The translations under genes were made by a program, and so were the position numbers. Of a stretch of 64,000 nt of DNA, positions 37,231 to 49,638 are shown piece after piece. Source of the DNA: Octopus vulgaris (lineage: Eukaryota); contig OX597817.1 of assembly GCA_951406725.2 (NCBI GenBank), positions 41,912,001 to 41,976,000 on the forward strand, given 5' to 3'. The notes under the pieces are model-generated. The model did not search any database. It saw only the letters and a list, made by a program, of their open reading frames with translations, and was not told where the DNA came from. Position 1 is the stretch's first letter, and each line of letters begins with the position of its first letter.

Positions 37231-39430
37231 AAATCGTGGTGTTCGTTATTCAGAGTGTCTAATTGATAACAATAACATCTTTGGTCGAAATCCAGTCTGC
37301 CATAATAACGAGATATGTTAATGATGATGACAGCGAGATTTAATGAACAACTAATTAACGGCCCATAGGGAGTGGAGGGGTGGAATTATACGAAATCTTA
37401 ATCTTTGACCCTACCCCATGGGAAACACCTTATAATATCAATAAGTCACAATTAATTAATATTCTTGCGATGCACAAAAGTTGTTGCTTTGAAAGAATAA
37501 CACAAAAGAAACGGACAAAGATGGAACAGTCGGGTAAGAATTGTATATAATTACAAACACAGAAAATGTTTCTTCTTTGAATTTATAAAGTCAGTTTGAT
37601 GGAAATATTAATAGTGTCCTGAAAGCAAATAGAATGGAGATGTCTCCTAAATGCTGTTTAGATCCAAAATGCATTGAAGAAATGAATTGAAAAACTTGCT
37701 TTGACATTTAATACCTTTATCATATGAAAAGCATTCAAATTTCCTCGAAACCAGCAATATCTTACATCTGGGTAAAGTTTTATAATGAGATTCACATCTA
37801 AGGATGATTTAGTTTTCATTATGATCTCTTTCAGCCATTCCTTTGATCTCTGTTTTTCCATAAATTTTCTTTTCTTTCCCCCCACTGTGTATGTCCATAT
37901 GTATGTTGTGTACGTGTCTGTTTGTAATTGTTGCTGTCTTTGCCCATAACCATCATTATCTAAACCTTCTCGTCACCCACATTGTCATTGCCATCATCAT
38001 CGTCATCATCACCACCACTGTCATCATCATCATCATCATCATTGCCATCATCATCGTCGTTATCGTCGTTGTCGTCGTCGTCATCCTCTGCATAACAACA
38101 TCTTATCATATTCTTCCAGGCTGGTAGTGGTTGGTCAGCTTCATAACACAAAGTCTGTCCCCCCCCCCCATGTCTCAGTCCCACGAGGTCCTTTATTCAA
38201 CCTCAAGACTAATTTAACTACTTTGTCTCAAGACTTCTTTTGGTCTCCTCCAGAATATAAATAATCTTCCACCCACGCCACTCACACCCCCCATTTCTAC
38301 ACAACCCACTCTTTTCATCCATTCATAATACATTTCTATACCAACCTTAATAAATACAAGCAATAAAAGCAATCTAGCACTGACTTTAAAAGTGAAGTGC
38401 TAATCTTATTAAATGTGAAAAGCACAATAACATAATTAAGTGAGACAATTGTTGTATTGAGCAGAGGTAAACATTGATGAAAGAGTTTAACTAAACCAAA
38501 CAATGACAAGAGGAACAACACAAAAACCATTAATTTATTTTTTAATGAATTAATGTAATGGAAATAGGTAATGCTGTGAGTGGTGGGGAATTATCGACAA
38601 ATCTTTAACAGACGCAGGGACAACTTTGATCATATTTCAATCTTATTAGATCTCTTCAGCAAAGCAAAGTCATTCAGGTTTCTATCAGATGAATGAAAAT
38701 GGGAAAAAATATTTATGTTGCCTATACAAAGACTTCGTTGATGCTCATATGACCAAACAGCATAAAACCCTAAGGGAAATACCCTGAAAATACAATCATC
38801 ATCATCATCATCATCATCATCGTCATCGTCGTCGTCATCATCATCATCATCATCATCATCACCACCACCATCATCATCATCATCATCATCATCATCATTG
38901 TTGTTATCGTCATCATTGATTTTATATCCACTTTTCCATGCTTGCATCAGTTGGACAGAATTTGTTTAGGCAAATGATTAGCAGTCAGATGTCCTTCCTG
39001 TCACCAACCTTCATCTGTTTTCAAGCAAGGTAATACTCCTTGTGACCAGACATGTTTTCATGGAAGATTGGAAATGAAGGACACTGCTTGCATGACAGTG
39101 ACACTTGCACAAGTGGCACATTATTTCATACATACACATGCCCCCCACATATACCACACACACACACAAATATTGTATATTATATATGTATATGGTATAG
39201 ATATGATACATACATAAACAATGTATGTTAAACAATGATGACATATGTGCGTGTGTGTGTGTGTGTGAGTGAGTGTGTATGTGCGTGTGTGTGTGTGTAT
39301 ATATGTATATATATATATATATATATGTATGGTTAATCCAAACATGAACAAAGAGAAAACACAACAACGCGAGGAAGTGGAACAAGTATAGTATTATTGG
39401 ATGCTCAGGAAAGGAAAGAAAGAAGGAGGA

Positions 39431-39464
39431 CTTGATGTTTCGAGCAGAGCTCTTCATCAGAAAC
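39431..39464 (-). ncRNA. Minimal hammerhead ribozyme motif within a (TA)n-adjacent element 39328-39545
   Basis: Minus: GTTT CTGATGA A GAGC-TCT-GCTC GAAA CATC AAG. Both core boxes are intact; CATC probably decayed from CGTC. Confidence 0.7.
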
Positions 39465-39562
39465 ATAGAAAGAGGAAAGATCCAAGGAAGGGAAGATGGA
39501 GAAAGAAAGAAAACATGATATACATGCAGTCACATATTGTCTATGTGTATATAGTGAATAAT

Positions 39563-41097
39563 TCTGGGTAGAAGTAGGGGTCCACCAAGGATCAGTTCTC
39601 AACCCCCTCTTATTCATCATAGTCCTCCAGGCAATAAGAGAGGAATTCAAGACAGGTTACTCCTGGGAGCTCCTCTATGCTGATGACCTGGCCCTCATAG
39701 CAGAATCTCTACAAGAACTAGAGAAGAAATTTCAGGTGTGGAAGCAAGGTTTAGAATCGAAGGGCCTCATAGTCAATGTCGCAAAGACCAAAGTTCTAGT
39801 AAGTAGGAAGGTGAACACATCATACACCCCTTCAGCTACATGGCCCTGCTCGATCTGTAGAAAAAGTGTAGGTAGAAACTCCATAAGCTGTACCCAGTGT
39901 AAGCTATGGACACATAAGAGGTGCAGCAACATCAAAGGAAGGTTAACCGGGAAGATAGCTTTCATGTGTAGCAGATGCACAGAGGCAATAAACACCACAG
40001 ATGCTCAGAAAACAGATTCCATCACATGCCAGGGGAGAAACTAGAAGTAGTCGATAGTTTCCACTACCTAGGTGACCAAGTCTGTAGTGGGGGTGGACAC
40101 TCAGAGAGTATTACCACTAGAATAAGAATAGCCAGGGCCAAGTTTAGAAAGCTTCTATCCCTACTGGTGACAAAGGGCCTCTCGCTTAAAGTGAAAGGTA
40201 GATTGTACGATGCATGTGTGTGAAATGCCATGCTTCACTGCAATGAAACATGGGCCATGACTGTGGGGGACATGCGTAGGGTAAAAAAAAATGAAGCTAG
40301 CATGATCTGCTGGATGTGTAATCTCAGTGTGCACACACGACTGAGCGTAAACTCCCTGAGAGAAATGGTAGACTTAAGAAGCATTGGATGTAGTGTGCAA
40401 GAAAGATGTCTGTACTGGTATGGTCATGTACTAAGAATGGATGAGGAGAGCTGTGTGAAGAAATGTCACTCCAAAGCAGTAGAAGCAAACCGTGCTAGAG
40501 AGAGACCCAGGAAGACATGGGATGAGGTGGTGAAGCATGCCATTTGAACATTGGGCCTCACAGAGGCAATGACAAAAAGCTGAGACATCTGGAGATATGC
40601 TGTTACTGAGAAGACCCAGCAAATAAAGTGAGCTCACAGCTGTAATCTACATCAGTGTCACATAACCAGCCCACTCAAAAGTACCTTTTGGATCATAGGG
40701 CGACATGCCATGCTTGAGAAAACCTATTGAGTTAAGTACATCAAAATCAAATGGAAATGGCAGTTGCGATCCCTGTGCTGGTGGCACATAAAAAGCACCA
40801 TCTGAATGTGGTCGATGCCAGTGCCGCCTTGACTGGCTTCCATGCCGGAGGCACATGAAAAAGCACCATCTCATCATGGTCGATGCCAGCCCCCTCTGGC
40901 TCCTGTGCCGGTGGTGTGTAAGAAAAGCACCCACTGCACTCTGGGAGTGGTTGGTGTTAGGAAGGGCATCTAGCTGTGGAAACACTGCCAGATCAGACTG
41001 GAGCCTGGTGCAGCCTCCTGGCTTCCCAGACCCCAGTCAAACCGTCCAACCCATGCCAGCATGGAAAATAGATGTTAAACGATGATGGTGATGATGA
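39563..41097 (+). mobile_element. 5'-truncated RTE-clade LINE (RT with an inserted PHD-like Cys/His finger; 3'UTR subrepeats; (GAT)n tail)
   Basis: GVHQGSVLNPLLF, ELLYADDL (YADD 39676-39687), CSIC..CTQC.LWTHKRC..CSRC, LEVVDSFHYLG, LYWYGHVLRM, RPRKTW; frameshift and stops present. Confidence 0.92.
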
Positions 41098-41119
41098 TAT
41101 GTGTATATATGTATATATA

Positions 41120-41153
<34 letters not shown>

Positions 41154-41299
41154 CATACGTACATACATACATACATACATACATAAATACATACATACAT
41201 ACATACATACATACATACATACATACATACATACACACACATATATATATATACACACACACATGTGTGCACACACCCACACACACATATACATATATA

Positions 41300-42285
41300 A
41301 TGCGAAGAAAATGGAGAAAGTATACACAGAATAATCAATATATTTATTGCAATAATAGCCAATTTATGTTGCCTTCATGTGTTTCAGTTTTAATTACTTA
41401 AATCCATATTAGTGCAATTAATTTGTGTTGTGAATTTAATGAAGCAAAAAACCCTCATCAGAGCAAAAGTTTATCAAGGTAAAAATTGACCGTTATTTTT
41501 TCATACATCCTAACAGATGGAGAGTTCATTCCAGTTGAATTGTATCCCGTGTCTTGGATTCTGTTCTAAAAATAGCTAGAGGCTATGTTCATTATAAATA
41601 AGAATCATCTATATCATTAGTCAAATAGACAGATTCTGTTCTAAAAATAGCTAGAGGCTACGTACATTACAAATAAGAATCATCTATAGACAAGTATAAG
41701 AGTCCAAGCTACTAAGTAATATATCTATATAAATAATTTATATTAGTAACAACTAATATAGCTTCATGCAATATTTACAAACAAAAAATAAATAAACAAA
41801 AAGGTAGCAAATAAGTTCATACCTAGATTTATGTTTTACCAATAAATAGGAACTTATAAATATATTGTGAACATGATAGATTGTATAAATAGTAAAGGGA
41901 GGTCTATAAACCTATACAGATACACTGAATAGAGATGATGATAAATGACCAACTTGAAAAAGCTGGTTTGCACCACTAAAAAGGGTGAATAGTAACTTGA
42001 CTTAGTTCTTCTGAACTATACCTGTCCCTTGTCCAGTCAGGTCAAAATCAGCCTCTAGCTATTTTTAGAATGGAATCCAAGACACACAGGTTACAATTCA
42101 GTTGGAAAGAAACATTTGCCCTGACAAATGTTTTTTGCTTTTTCAAATTCATACTGCAAATTAATTGCATAAATATGGATTTAAGTAATTAAAACCGAAA
42201 CAATGTAGGCTACATGAATTGTCTATCATTATAATAAATATACTGATTATTCTGTGTACACTTTCTCCATTTTCTTTGCATTTTT
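41300..42285 (+). mobile_element. Decayed ~1-kb fold-back; probable Penelope/Poseidon-type 3' fragment with inverted pseudo-LTR
   Basis: 41300-41585 versus 42048-42285 inverted; the centre encodes ..TDTLNRDDD.. (~41915-41945), like the LNRD end of PLE GIY-YIG domains; internal ~55-bp direct duplication at 41558/41632. Confidence 0.65.
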
Positions 42286-42719
42286 GAAATTTTTCTCCTA
42301 TATTGAATGGATGAAAACATCTATAACAACAACTGGGACTCTAAGAGTGTAAGGTACTAATTATCGGGGAAGAACCATTGACAAGCACTAGTATATAGGC
42401 ACATGTGGAATTCCCAATATCGTTAATTGATGTGGTGCTAAACTAGTGTATGCTTAGATAAATATCCTTAGGAAAGAACAACCTCTTTCCACACAGATTT
42501 ATTTAACACAGTATATATATATAATGGAAGCCTCGAAAGACATTTTAAGATCCACAAACATCAGAACTTAACTGCAGCTCTTGGTGGTCCAAATCAAATA
42601 TGCAATCTATGTTGTTTTCTTTTCAAAACATTATCAGAGTTAAAAGCCACATCAGCTGCCGTGATGGTTCTAAGGTGTAGGTACAGGAGGTGCTCAAACT
42701 CTGCATAAGGAATCGACAA

Positions 42720-42751
<32 letters not shown>

Positions 42752-42753
<2 letters not shown>

Positions 42754-42944
42754 CTGGAGTAAGCACATAAATGTGAAGCAAAGTGGAAAAAAGAGTACTC
42801 AAATACAAGAGGTAGAGTAATATGCTTTATTAAAAGCAACAGAAATATTACAAAAACTGTTACTCAGAGTTTCATGTTCCCGTTCATTCAACAAATGAAA
42901 CTCTGAGTAAGTGCTTTTATGATATTTCTGCTGCTTTTAATAAA

Positions 42945-42950
<6 letters not shown>
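42752..42950. mobile_element. (TA)n-embedded fold-back with a degenerate hammerhead
   Basis: Arms 42819-42875 / 42895-42950; minus 42857-42894 reads TTGT TGAATGA ACG-GGAA-CAT GAAA CTCTGAGTA ACAG. Confidence 0.7.
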
Positions 42951-42985
<35 letters not shown>

Positions 42986-43049
42986 CAGTATAGTGCTGTT
43001 TATTGACTTTTATGCTAACATATGGTAACTGTTCTGTTAACAGTTAAAA

Positions 43050-43760
43050 CAGTCAGTTAACAACTTCCAGAAACCATAATGCCATTTTGATCAGATGATC
43101 AGCATTCAGAAAAGCAATATGTTTGAAGAACCTGTTTCCAGATCTTGACATTACCACCTGAAACACCTCTCTGGAATTGGTAGATAACTTCCTCTACTCA
43201 AGGTGTCAATTATTAATGCTATGCATCTATAAGAAAGATGTAAGAAACAGGAATGATGCTGGCCATATTATTTTTGGAAGATTATTTTATCTCGCCTTCC
43301 GAAACAAAAACTTAAAATAACAGATATAATTCATGTAGGTAACAACCTGTCATGTCCAGACTATACAAACAAGACATAACATGAATATAAAATTCGAAGA
43401 CTACATTGCCATTATTATGGTTCTAAAACATGCCAGAGTCAACTGTATTGAACTTAGTATCGTCAGATATAAGCTCAGATGGACAGGCCATGTATGCTGT
43501 ATGATTGATATCAGACTTATCTGCCTGATCCAGGTCAATCAACTCAGCACCAGGAAAATGACCCTGATTATGTCATCTGCAACATTTCAAAGATCAAATT
43601 AAACTACAAAGACCAGTATCAACCTGACAACCTGCAGTAAATCAAAAAGAAAAAAAAAAAAAAAAAAAAATTGGCATCATGCCATCTTGTCTACTGCAGA
43701 ACTGTTTGAAAAAACTAACATCACAGAAATGAAGAAGATGACCAGTGACAAAAGATGAAA
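43050..43760 (+). mobile_element. Old RTE/BovB-type LINE 3' fragment
   Basis: LELVDNFLY and KLRWTGHVCCM..RL, resembling the RTE LRW.GHV.RM motif. Confidence 0.6.
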
Positions 43761-43978
43761 GATTCATTTGACTTCAGCCACTCCCAACTCTGTCTATCAA
43801 ATATGACAGGGGTGGTGACGCATTGCATGCAAATATGGGACTTGTTAGTTTTTGGAAATATTAACATAAATAATAAGACAAGAAAGGAAGGAAAATTTTG
43901 TCAAATAGACATGAGGAGAAGCCACTGACAATGTATATATGCATACTTATACTCACACACAAACACACTCACACACAA

Positions 43979-44011
<33 letters not shown>

Positions 44012-45019
44012 CACACATGCACATATATGTATGAATATACACATGCATACATACATATAATATATACATATATATATATGTATATGATTTTTGTATGTGT
44101 ATGTGTGCACATGCTTGCAGGGTGACATAATTCAAAAGCTAAAATGATGCAAAGTACTTTGTGACCAGTGATGTATAACAATGTCTGATAGTCTGGTGAA
44201 TCACATGATATACATATACACACACACACACACACACACATATATATGTGTGTATGTATGTATATACAGACACATATATAAATATAATGTGAATATATTA
44301 TACTAGCAATGCACCCCGGCGTTGCCAAGGTGTTATGACCTACAGATGCTTTGTATTATTTGTTCCTTTCTTATGGTCAGAATCGGCACATGAAGAGTAT
44401 GAAGCAAACAACTCTTCTTCATAAACATGTTGTTTGGTCATTTTCTGCAGTTTGTGTCTACCAAATTCAGTCACAAGTCTGTGGTTGTCCTAGGGCTATA
44501 GTAAGAAACACTTGGTTAAGGTACCATGCAGAGGGACTGAATGTGGAGCCATGTGGTTGAGAAGCAAACTTCTCAACCACACAATCATTCTTGCACCTAA
44601 TGTGTGTGTGTGTGTGTGTGTGTGTTTACATTTGTTGTTAAATCGAGTATCGTGTCCCACTATGTCTCAAAGTTCATCAAGCAGAAAGCTATAAAATAAA
44701 TGCCAAACTGAAATACGTACTGAGATCAGTGTGATCACTTCTGTAGCAATATATAGTTGTAATAATGAAGTCAAACCAAATAATAATATTTTGAAATCAT
44801 CTAATATATATTTATTTCAGGTTTGTGCACTCTATGATAGGAAAAGCATCCGTTGCATAAACCTTCTTTGGATGCATCATCATCATCATCATCATCATCA
44901 CCACCATCACCACCACCACGACCACCACGACCACCACACCACGATGACGATGACGACGATGACGACGACGACGACGACGACCACCACCACCACCACCACC
45001 AACACCATCATCATCATCA

Positions 45020-45682
45020 TTATTTGACGTCCGTTTTCCATGCTGGTATGGGTTGGATAATTTGACAGGAAACTGATAAGCTGAGGAGCTGCACCAGGTT
45101 CGAATCTGACTTGGCATGTCTTCTGTGGATGGATGCCCTCCCTGACACCAGCCACTCCATGAGTGTAGTGGGCGCCTTTTACATGCCATCGGCATGGGTA
45201 CCAGTTACATACCACCAGCATCAGCTATGACTACAATCTCACTTGGCTTGACAGGTCATCTCAAGCATTGCTTCCATAAGGCCCAACATTCAAAAGGTGC
45301 TCTTTACGTGCCACTGGAACAGGTACCAGTTACACAACACTGGCGTTGGCCATGACTACAATTTCACTTGCCTTGATGAGAACATGGCATATCACTCAAC
45401 CTTTGAAGAGTGCATTTTACGTGCCACCTGCATGGGTGCCAGTTATGTGACACTGGCATCGACCTTCCTATTATATATTACATAAACCTGAAATCATCAT
45501 CATCATTTAATGTCCATTGTCCATGCTGGCATGAGTTGTATGGTTTGACCAGAGCTGGTAAGCTGAAAGGCTGGACCAGACTCCAGTCTGATTTGGCATG
45601 GTTTTTCTATGGCTGGATGCCCTTCCTAATGCCAAACACCCAAGAGTGTAACAGGTGCTTTTATGTGCCACCTGCACAGGTG
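45020..45682 (-). mobile_element. Two RTE 3'UTR fragments
   Basis: Shared tail motifs after (CAT)n. Confidence 0.7.
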
Positions 45683-45769
45683 TCATTATTAAATAATTTC
45701 AAAATTCACTATTTGCTTTGATTTGACTCAATACCCGCACAAACTAACCAGTCTTGACTCAATTTCATT

Positions 45770-45980
45770 TCTACTCTAGGCACAAGGCCCAATGTTTTTG
45801 GGGAGGGGTCCAGTCAATTAGATCGACCCCAGTACACAACTGGTACTTAATTTATTGACCCCTAAAAGAATGAAAGGCAAAGTTGACCTCGGCGGAATTT
45901 GAACTCAGAATGTAATGGCAGTTGAAATACCGCTAAGCATTTTGCCCGATGTGCTAATATTTCCTCCAGCTCGTCACCTT
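45770..45980 (-). mobile_element. SINE family C (Meta-like)
   Basis: Core GAAAGGCAAAGTTGACCTCGGCGGAATTTGAACTCAG. Confidence 0.78.
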
Positions 45981-46090
45981 AGTCTTGACTCAAATTCTGC
46001 AGATACTCTAACAACACTTTGGTGCATTTTGTTATATTTGACTAGAGTCAAAAATTCTAGTACTGTGCAACACTTCTTAGCATAACATAT

Positions 46091-46135
<45 letters not shown>

Positions 46136-46324
46136 AAATTAAAAAGGAAAATATGCACAATTACATAGTTTTAATATAATTTTTAACATATCGACCAGTT
46201 TAATTCCATTTTTTTTTTCCTTTAATAAATTACAACTCACCACATGAGGATAATCGAAATTCCTCCTTTCTGATATTATTACTACTATATATATATATAT
46301 ATATCATCATCATCATCATGATCA

Positions 46325-46453
46325 TCATCGTTTAACGTCCGCTTTCCATGCTAGCATGGGTTGGACAGTTCAACTGGGGTCTGGGAAGCCCGAAGGCTGC
46401 ACCAGGCCAGTCAGATCTGGCAGTGTTTCTACAGCTGGATGCCCTTCCTAACA

Positions 46454-46492
<39 letters not shown>

Positions 46493-46636
46493 TATACACA
46501 CTCTAGGAGTGGTTGGCATTAGGAGGGACATCCAGCTGTAGAAACACAGATTGGGGCCTGGTGCAACCTCCTGGCTTCCCAGACCCCAGTCCAACCCATG
46601 CCAGCATGGAAAATGGACGTTAAATGATGATAATGA
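46325..46636. mobile_element. Two RTE tails in divergent orientation separated by (TA)n
   Basis: 46325-46455 minus; 46498-46636 plus. Confidence 0.75.
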
Positions 46637-47621
46637 CATAGCTGGTTGTATTTTCAAGAGCTTGATATAGATATTGTTAGGAATATGAGTGTCTTATATG
46701 ATTTTTTTTTACTCGTAGATTGGTTCACCACATGCCAAAAGGAAATTTGTCACACAAAAATTTTAAGTTCTGAAGAATTAATCCAATTTACTAACACACA
46801 GTTATAAATGTTTAGATATGTATGCATGTGTATTCAAATGTATGTTCATATACATACATACATTCATGCATACATACATACATACATACATACATACATA
46901 CATACATACATACATACATACATACATACATACATACATGCATGCATATATGCACGCATGCATACATACATATATGCACATGTATGTGTATATATATATA
47001 TATGTATATATATGTATGTAAGTATGTATATATATATATATATATATACAGTAGTAGTGTATATTCGTTAAAAGGTCTTAAGCCATAGATAATTGAATAT
47101 TTTGTGAAAATGTAGGGTTCTAATTATCTCAGCTAATTAGAAAAGTAATAAATGTCTAATTTGATATAGATTATTATGCTTAAGGAACACACATAAAATG
47201 ATATTAGTTTAGCTGTATTTATCCTATGTATATAAGAGAGTGGGATGATGAGGAAAATTGTATATTTTTCTGTTGACAAATATTTGAATTTACATGAATT
47301 TACATGAATTTACATAAATTTGCATGAATTTTGAAGGTTTTAAATGAGATTAGAAATATCAAAATTACATGGTTGCTTTGTAGTCATTGGTGTTGTTATG
47401 GTTGCAGTCAGATTTATTTGAGCAGACCCATGGTCAAAACATTTTAATTGTGATCATCCTATCCTTTTTGTGTAGTTGGGACTGGATTACTCCATGTGTC
47501 CTTCTTACTTTAATTCTTTAGCATTTAAAACAACCATATCTGGCCTGAATAGTTTTACCTGTTTTATATTCAAATTGGCCAGATCTTGCTTCTCATACCT
47601 ACCCAACAATTTTTATTTATG

Positions 47622-47922
47622 TACCCTTTTCAAGCCTAGCCAGGCTCATGGGCCCGGTTTCCTGGTTTCTGTGGCGTATGTGTTCCCCCCAGCTGGACGG
47701 TACACCAATCCATCACAGTGTTACTCAAGAAACAGGAAGAGAGAATGAGAGAAAGTTGGGGTGAAAGAGTACAACAGGGGTTGCCACCACCCCCTGCCTG
47801 AGCCTCATGGAGCTTTAGGTATTTTCGCTCAATAAACACACACAACGCCCAGTCTGGGAATCGAAACCACGATCCTCCGACAGCAAGTCCGCTGTCCTAA
47901 CCACTGGGCCATTGCACCTCCA
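47622..47922 (-). mobile_element. tRNA-derived SINE family D variant
   Basis: Reverse complement of 51617-51890. Confidence 0.8.
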
Positions 47923-48875
47923 CCTACTCAACAATGTCATTCTAAAAATAAACAATGACATCATTGAAATCTGGAAGTTATAAGATAATGCTTGATTAAC
48001 TCAAAACAATGTGAATATACAAGCATTATATTTGACAGAGTAAGCTGAATGTAAAAGCTAAGGTATAGGACTCTGAAAGGGGTCTCAGGGAGTAGCATCC
48101 CTACTTATCTGAGCTAGTTTTCCACCATATTTCTTAAAAATCCTGATAGATGCCTTGGTCTTGGGACTAATCATGTCTAGAAACTGAGGTTGGGGGTAAG
48201 CAAGGGCATTCTCTCCATAGAAAATCCAGCTCCAAAAAAGCCTCATGATAGCAAAGGAGAATGGGTACCAGCCAGCCCAAAGGTTGGGATCAGCTGCACC
48301 TACCTACCTCAGTTGCTATGGCATTGAGGTAGAGCCAGCCATCCCTGTAAACAGGAACAAAACCAGGATTTAAAACACTGGATGATGATAATAAGACAGT
48401 AAAATGGGATCTCCAAGAGAATTGGTCACTAATTTTTTTACAGATTGAGTGACTGTTTAGCTCAAATTACAAGGTAGTTAGACAAGTGGTTAGGGTGTTG
48501 GGCTAATGATCATAAAATCATAGGTTCCATTCTCGTACCAGGTAGTGCATTATTTCCTTGAGTGATGCATTGCATTTCGTGATGCCACAGTCTGCTCATT
48601 TAAAAATGTGCTCTGTTGCATCACCTGAGATGGAATTTAACCCCACAGTGGACTAATTTTTCATTCAGGGATGGAGTCTGATACTGTCAGTCACTTAAAC
48701 CTTTTATTTGCATTATTTACATTATTTACATTCGATGGAGATTTGTCCTCATCTTGTTTGTTGTTAACACAACGTTTTGGCTGATACACACTCCAGCCTT
48801 CATCAGGTGTCTTGGTGTAGTGGTTAAAAACACGGGCCACTAATCCCAAGATTCTGAGTTCGATTCCAGGTAGTG

Positions 48876-48960
<85 letters not shown>

Positions 48961-49046
48961 TGATGATAATAATAATGATAATAATAATAATGATATCATG
49001 GAAAAAATACCTTAGGAATGAGAACTCAGGTTCGAAATTTCCCCAA

Positions 49047-49092
49047 GACATCTGATGAAGGCTGGAGGGTATATTAGTTGAAACGTTGTGTT
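49047..49092 (+). ncRNA. Minimal type I hammerhead ribozyme motif
   Basis: GACAT CTGATGA A GGCTG..TAGTT GAAACGTT GTGTT: core boxes and ACGT palindromic stem III intact, stem II weakened to G-U pairs. Confidence 0.75.
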
Positions 49093-49120
49093 AACAACAA
49101 ACAAGATGAGGACAAATATC

Positions 49121-49504
49121 TGGTAAGTAGCTTGCTTACCAACCACATGGTTCCTGGTTCAGTCACAGTGCGTAGCACCTTAGGCAAGTGCCTTCTACTA
49201 TAGCCTCGAGCCGACTAAAGTCTTGTGAGAGGATTTGGTAGATGGAAACTGAAAGAAGCCCATCGTATATACGTATATATGTGTGTGTATGTGTTTGTGT
49301 GTCTTTACTTGTCCCCCCGCCACCCAACTGATGCTGGTGTGCTTACATCCCTGTAACTTAGTGGTTCGGCAAAAGAGACTGATAGAATAAGTACTAGGCT
49401 TACAAAGAATAAGTCCCGGGGTTGACTTGCTCGACTAAAGGCGGTACTCCAGCATGGCCGCAGTCAAATGACTGAAACAAGTAAAAGAATAAAGAATAAA
49501 AGAA
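49121..49504 (+). mobile_element. tRNA-derived SINE family A (5'-truncated)
   Basis: As 8926-9345. Confidence 0.85.
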
Positions 49505-49606
49505 TGTAAATAATGTACATAATTCTTCATCTCTTAAATATAGAACTTAAACCTTTTGTTACACTATTTCTGTTGAAAATGCACTGCTTTCATCATCATC
49601 CTCATT

Positions 49607-49638
<32 letters not shown>

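Larger units (their letters stand above)
48712..49547 (+). mobile_element. Hammerhead-containing tRNA-SINE-like element, copy 3, with an upstream inverted copy of its 3' part (48712-48815); interrupted by SINE A at 49121-49504
   Basis: Head TGGTGTAGTGGTT..GAGTTCGATTCC (48813-48867), (AAT)n, hammerhead at 49047-49092 plus, inverted hammerhead at 48766-48811 minus. Confidence 0.8.
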
